From NCBI RefSeq assembly GCF_003367075.2, contig NZ_CP065936.1:3300001-3332000 (forward strand): a stretch of 32,000 bases of DNA, written 5' to 3'. A program made the translations under genes and the position numbers. This DNA comes from Cylindrospermopsis raciborskii Cr2010. GTDB lineage: Bacteria > Cyanobacteriota > Cyanobacteriia > Cyanobacteriales > Nostocaceae. The notes beneath the pieces are model-generated. The model made no database searches. It was not told where the DNA came from and saw nothing but the letters and a program-made list of their open reading frames with translations. Below are positions 28,363 to 32,000 of this stretch, piece by piece. The first letter of the stretch is position 1. Each line of letters begins with the position of its first letter.

Positions 28363-31056
28363 ATGGTAAAAAATAACCACTCAAAATCCCCACGGGAGAT
28401 TTTTAATATCTCCAGGTGGGCGATTAAATTTTCATGGCTGACGGTATGCTTCTGGATTGGGGTAACAGCAGCAGGTCTGTTAGCTTTCAGTTCCCTAAAA
28501 TACGCACTTTTCCCAGATATTAATTTCCCTGTGGTTGTGGTAAATGCTCAAGCACCAATCACTTCAGCTATGGAAACAGAAGAAAAGTTAACTAAACCAA
28601 TAGAAACAAGTTTAAAATCTATACCAGGAATTGATAATATTCGTTCTTCTACATATCCAGGACAAAGTGCTATTAGCCTTTTATTTGCAGTTGGCACAAA
28701 TTTAGAAGGTTCTACTCAAAAAACTACAAGTGTACTCAAGGGCGTAAAACTACCAGCAGGAGCAAGTTATAAAATTATTCCCTTGAATCTAAATGAGTCT
28801 TCGGTAGTAAGTTATACCATTGAAGATGAATCTCAAAACTTAGATGACTTGCATCAATTGGCAAAAACAAAAATTGTACCGACAATTGAAAACCTAGCGG
28901 GGGTACTCAAGGTCTCACTATTGGGCGCTGCACCAAAATCCGCTTTACCGAACACTAGCAGCTTAATTTCAGACAATGGAAATTTAATCAGATTTAATGG
29001 CAAAGATGTATTAGCATTTCAGGTGGTAAAACGTGGAGACGCCAATACCTTAGAAGTAGTAGATAAAGTGGAACAAGAAGTCAACAAGCTACGCTCTAGT
29101 CTGAAAAATGTCACATTCACTCTAGCAGCTACTCAAGCAGACTATATTCGCGAAGCTACCCAATCAACTATAAATGCGTTAATAGAAGCTATCATCCTAG
29201 CAGTTGTGGTCATTTTTCCCTTTTTATGGAGTTGGCGAGCTACTTTAATTTCTGCTTTAGCAATTCCCATATCTTTACTAGCTACATTGATTGTGATGGC
29301 CTATTTTGGCTTTAACTTAGAAACAATTACCTTGTTAGCTTTAGCTTTAATCATTGGTAGTGTAATTGATGATGCTATTATTGATGTAGAAAACATACTA
29401 CGTCATATTCAAAATGGTCAAAGTTCAAAAGAAGCGGCACACTCAGCTACTGATGAAATCGGTCTAACAGTAGTAGCAGCAACTGCTACAGCTATAGCTG
29501 TTTTCTTACCCATTGGTTTAATGGGGGGTGTGGTTGGACAATTTTTCAAACCGTTCGGAATTACTGTTTCTGCAGCTTATATTGCTTCTACATTGGTAGC
29601 GCGTACTCTCTCACCGGTATTATCCATTTACTGGCTTAAACCGCCTAAAAAAAGTTACTCCCTGGGACCAATGAGAGGTAAAAAACAGGATTTATTATCA
29701 AGTTTGACGAATGTGGGGGACTATGTTAACCAATCCTATGCCAATTTACTGTACTGGTCTCTCAATCACCGAAAAATTGTCATCCTATTGGCTATACTGA
29801 GTTTTGTGGCCGGTCTTGCTATTATCCCGTTTATTCCCAAAGGTTTTATACCCAAGTTAGACCGAGGTGAGTTTAATATTAGCTATACTGCACCACTACC
29901 AAAAATCCCTGATTTGTCAGCATTACAGCAGTTAAGAACTGCTCAGGATCCTACCGAACCCCTAATTGCCCTCCCTAATCCGCTTCAAGATTCCCTAACA
30001 GTGGCAAAAAAACTGGAAGCAGTTGTGAGAAAATACCCAGATGTAGAAACAGTATTTACTACAGTTGGTTCCCGTGGAGGTGAGCCCAATAAGGGCAATC
30101 TTTATGTGAAATTAAAAAAAGACCGCCAGCTGAAAACTGCCCAACTACAGGATCAATTACGACAAACTTTACCTAAAATTCCTGGTGTAAATACTAGTGT
30201 GGAAGATATTCAATTTGTAGATACTGGAGGAGATAAGCCATTACAAGTGGCCCTGCGCGGCAACGATTTAGCAACTTTAAGTTCAGTATCTAAAAAGATT
30301 AAAGAACGTATTATTAACCTACCCGGATTTGCTGATGTGACGGTGACGGGAGATGGCAATCCAAGGAACCAAGTTTTGCAAATCGAACGACTTAATCAGC
30401 AGCGAGTGGTCTATATCAGTGCTAATCTGGGTGGCAATTTAACTCTTGGTGATGCTACTGATAGAATTGTGACGGAAGCCAAATCTCTTTTACCTGCTGG
30501 TGTAACTCTAGATTTAGGAGGAGACTCTGCTAGACAAAATGAGGTGGTGGGTAGTTTTGTGTCAACCTTACTCTTATCAGCTTTGTGTATTATTCTGGTC
30601 TTGGTTTTATTGTTCAAAAGTTGGGTAGATCCTCTGGTTATTGGTGCTTCCTTACCTTTGGCATTAGTAGGAGCTATGTTGGCCTTATTATTCACTAAGA
30701 GTGATTTTGGTATGATCTCTCTAATCGGATTTGTGTTTTTGCTAGGACAGGCAAATAAAAATGCAATTTTGTTGGTAGATTATATCAACCAACTACGCCG
30801 AGCTGGAATGAAACGCACACAAGCTATTTTGCAAGCAGCACCTGTCAGACTTAGACCAATTATGATTACTACTTTTTCCACCATTTTGGGAATGTTACCT
30901 ATTGCTTTGGGCTTTGGCGCAGGTTCTGAGTTACGATCCCCCATGGCAATTGCGATCGCTGGAGGTTTGGTTACTTCTACTATTCTCAGTCTAGTTGTTG
31001 TACCAGTTGTTTATGCCATTTTAGATGATTGGTTTCCCAGGAAGAGTATGAATTGA
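28363..31056 (+). CDS. RND-family efflux transporter permease (AcrB/AcrD/AcrF-like), short form (897 aa)
   Basis: It shows the 12-TM RND layout. TM1 is WLTVCFWIGVTAAGLLAF and two periplasmic loops follow TM1 and TM7. The TM4 proton-relay pair sits in GSVIDDAIIDVENI. The C-terminal half carries SWVDPLVIGASLPLALVGA and LLVDYIN. Confidence 0.88.
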   Translation: MVKNNHSKSPREIFNISRWAIKFSWLTVCFWIGVTAAGLLAFSSLKYALFPDINFPVVVVNAQAPITSAMETEEKLTKPIETSLKSIPGIDNIRSSTYPGQSAISLLFAVGTNLEGSTQKTTSVLKGVKLPAGASYKIIPLNLNESSVVSYTIEDESQNLDDLHQLAKTKIVPTIENLAGVLKVSLLGAAPKSALPNTSSLISDNGNLIRFNGKDVLAFQVVKRGDANTLEVVDKVEQEVNKLRSSLKNVTFTLAATQADYIREATQSTINALIEAIILAVVVIFPFLWSWRATLISALAIPISLLATLIVMAYFGFNLETITLLALALIIGSVIDDAIIDVENILRHIQNGQSSKEAAHSATDEIGLTVVAATATAIAVFLPIGLMGGVVGQFFKPFGITVSAAYIASTLVARTLSPVLSIYWLKPPKKSYSLGPMRGKKQDLLSSLTNVGDYVNQSYANLLYWSLNHRKIVILLAILSFVAGLAIIPFIPKGFIPKLDRGEFNISYTAPLPKIPDLSALQQLRTAQDPTEPLIALPNPLQDSLTVAKKLEAVVRKYPDVETVFTTVGSRGGEPNKGNLYVKLKKDRQLKTAQLQDQLRQTLPKIPGVNTSVEDIQFVDTGGDKPLQVALRGNDLATLSSVSKKIKERIINLPGFADVTVTGDGNPRNQVLQIERLNQQRVVYISANLGGNLTLGDATDRIVTEAKSLLPAGVTLDLGGDSARQNEVVGSFVSTLLLSALCIILVLVLLFKSWVDPLVIGASLPLALVGAMLALLFTKSDFGMISLIGFVFLLGQANKNAILLVDYINQLRRAGMKRTQAILQAAPVRLRPIMITTFSTILGMLPIALGFGAGSELRSPMAIAIAGGLVTSTILSLVVVPVVYAILDDWFPRKSMN

Positions 31057-31074
31057 ACTACCAGAACTAAAGAT

Positions 31075-32000
31075 ATGACTGATATTCTAATTCTTTCTAA
31101 TGGACCAGGAGAAGTAACAACTTGGGTACGTCCTGTGGTCATAGCTCTCAGAGAACAATTGGGCAATGATATTTCTCAGGTGAGAATTTCTGTGATTTTA
31201 TCACCCTGTCCCCATGCTACTGGTAAGGAAGCTAGGATCGCTAAGTCCTATCCACAGGTGAATAGGGTTCAAGCTCCTGAACACTTCTGGGAGTTTGTAT
31301 TCACGGGCAAAACTGCGGAAAATTGGGATTGGCGTAAAAAAGGTGTGGTGATATTTCTGGGGGGAGATCAGGTTTTCTCTGTAATTGTTGGCAGAAGGTT
31401 GGGATACAAAACCCTAGTTTATGCGGAATGGGAAGCTAGATGGCATGGTCTAATTGACTGTTTTGCAGTTATGAACTCCCAGGTGATGAAAAATGTTTCA
31501 CCCAAGCATATTCATAAGTTTCATGTTGTGGGCGACTTGATGTTAGAAGCTGCTAATAAGGATTATGTAACTTCAAAGTCCCCTAGTTTAGATACTGGAA
31601 CCCCCTTGGTTGGACTTTTGCCCGGATCCAAACCTGCTAAGTTGACTCAGGGTGTGCCCCTAGAATTAGCTATAGCCGAATATATTTATGCTAAAAGACC
31701 CCATACCAAGTTTTTTATACCCGTAGCACCGACTCTAGATTTACTGACCTTGGCCAGTTTTGCCAATCCTCAAAAAAACAAGTTTGCCCAATCCTTTGGT
31801 TTTCAAGGTGCATACTTAAAGGATAATTATCTAGAAACTTCTGAGGGGTTAATGGTAGAATTGACTCAAGAAAACCCCGCTTATCACTTGTTATCTTCCT
31901 GTGCTATTTGTTTAACTACGGTGGGAGCAAACACTGCTGAACTGGGAGCTTTAGGTGTACCAATGATTGTGTTATTACCTACCCAACAATTAGATGCTAT
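31075..32000 (+). CDS. Lipid-A-disaccharide synthase (LpxB)-related glycosyltransferase, N-terminal 308 codons (runs off the right edge)
   Basis: Not in the ORF track because it has no stop in the window. I translated from the ATG at 31075 to the window end and found no stop: MTDILILSNGPGEVTTWVRPVVIALREQLG...GVVIFLGGDQVFSVIVGRRLGYKTLVYAEWEARW...GLLPGSKPAKL...CLTTVGANTAELGALGVPMIVLLP. The GT-B pattern and GANTAELGALGVPMIV resemble the LpxB-like family conserved in cyanobacteria. It starts 18 nt after the RND stop. Confidence 0.65.
   Translation, partial: MTDILILSNGPGEVTTWVRPVVIALREQLGNDISQVRISVILSPCPHATGKEARIAKSYPQVNRVQAPEHFWEFVFTGKTAENWDWRKKGVVIFLGGDQVFSVIVGRRLGYKTLVYAEWEARWHGLIDCFAVMNSQVMKNVSPKHIHKFHVVGDLMLEAANKDYVTSKSPSLDTGTPLVGLLPGSKPAKLTQGVPLELAIAEYIYAKRPHTKFFIPVAPTLDLLTLASFANPQKNKFAQSFGFQGAYLKDNYLETSEGLMVELTQENPAYHLLSSCAICLTTVGANTAELGALGVPMIVLLPTQQLDA

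Noticed and set aside
28363-31056. RND pump as the secretion machinery for the adjacent RTX or giant proteins
   Set aside because: T1SS uses an ABC transporter, MFP and OMP, not an RND permease. The gene is on the opposite strand, separated by a housekeeping dus gene.

Overview
The window looks cyanobacterial, with many HIP1 GCGATCGC palindromes, several inside coding repeats. About 26 of the 32 kb is a co-oriented minus-strand cluster of repeat-built proteins of extracellular type in which I saw no cysteine. (i) 19008-26957 encodes a ~2,649-aa RTX/Calx-beta protein. It has a type-I-secretion-style C-terminus and an internal cohesin-like/dockerin-like/cohesin-like cassette. (ii) 18558-18866 is a ~300-bp chimeric fragment copied from two non-adjacent parts of gene (i). 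(iii) 758-18577 is a 5,939-aa ORF. From N to C it contains a cadherin-repeat tail, an S8 peptidase, 7 unrecognised Tyr/Gly-rich repeats, 5 PPC-like domains and an Ig-like domain. These are followed by cohesin-dockerin-cohesin, cadherin-like repeats, two copies of [2 Calx-beta + 10 RCC1-like blades], a Calx-beta, 11 x 321-bp cadherin-like repeats, another Calx-beta and a C-terminal dockerin-like pair. (iv) 1-379 is the 5' part of a further gene with a possibly cohesin-like start. The plus-strand right end carries ordinary genes: a Dus-family tRNA-dihydrouridine synthase, an unusually short RND permease with no partner genes nearby, and the start of an LpxB-related glycosyltransferase. I found no rRNA, tRNA, CRISPR, transposase, integrase, phage or recognisable defence genes. 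The points worth follow-up are: complementary cohesin/dockerin-type modules on adjacent genes, an unrecognised tyrosine-rich repeat family, propeller blades with a nucleotide-invariant scaffold and short hypervariable cassettes, a recombination-scarred 5' end of the megagene including an S8 domain without a canonical Asp box, and several near-perfect long tandem arrays. All domain calls come from motif recognition by eye; no HMM or BLAST search was run. Sub-gene coordinates are approximate, roughly +/-30 nt.
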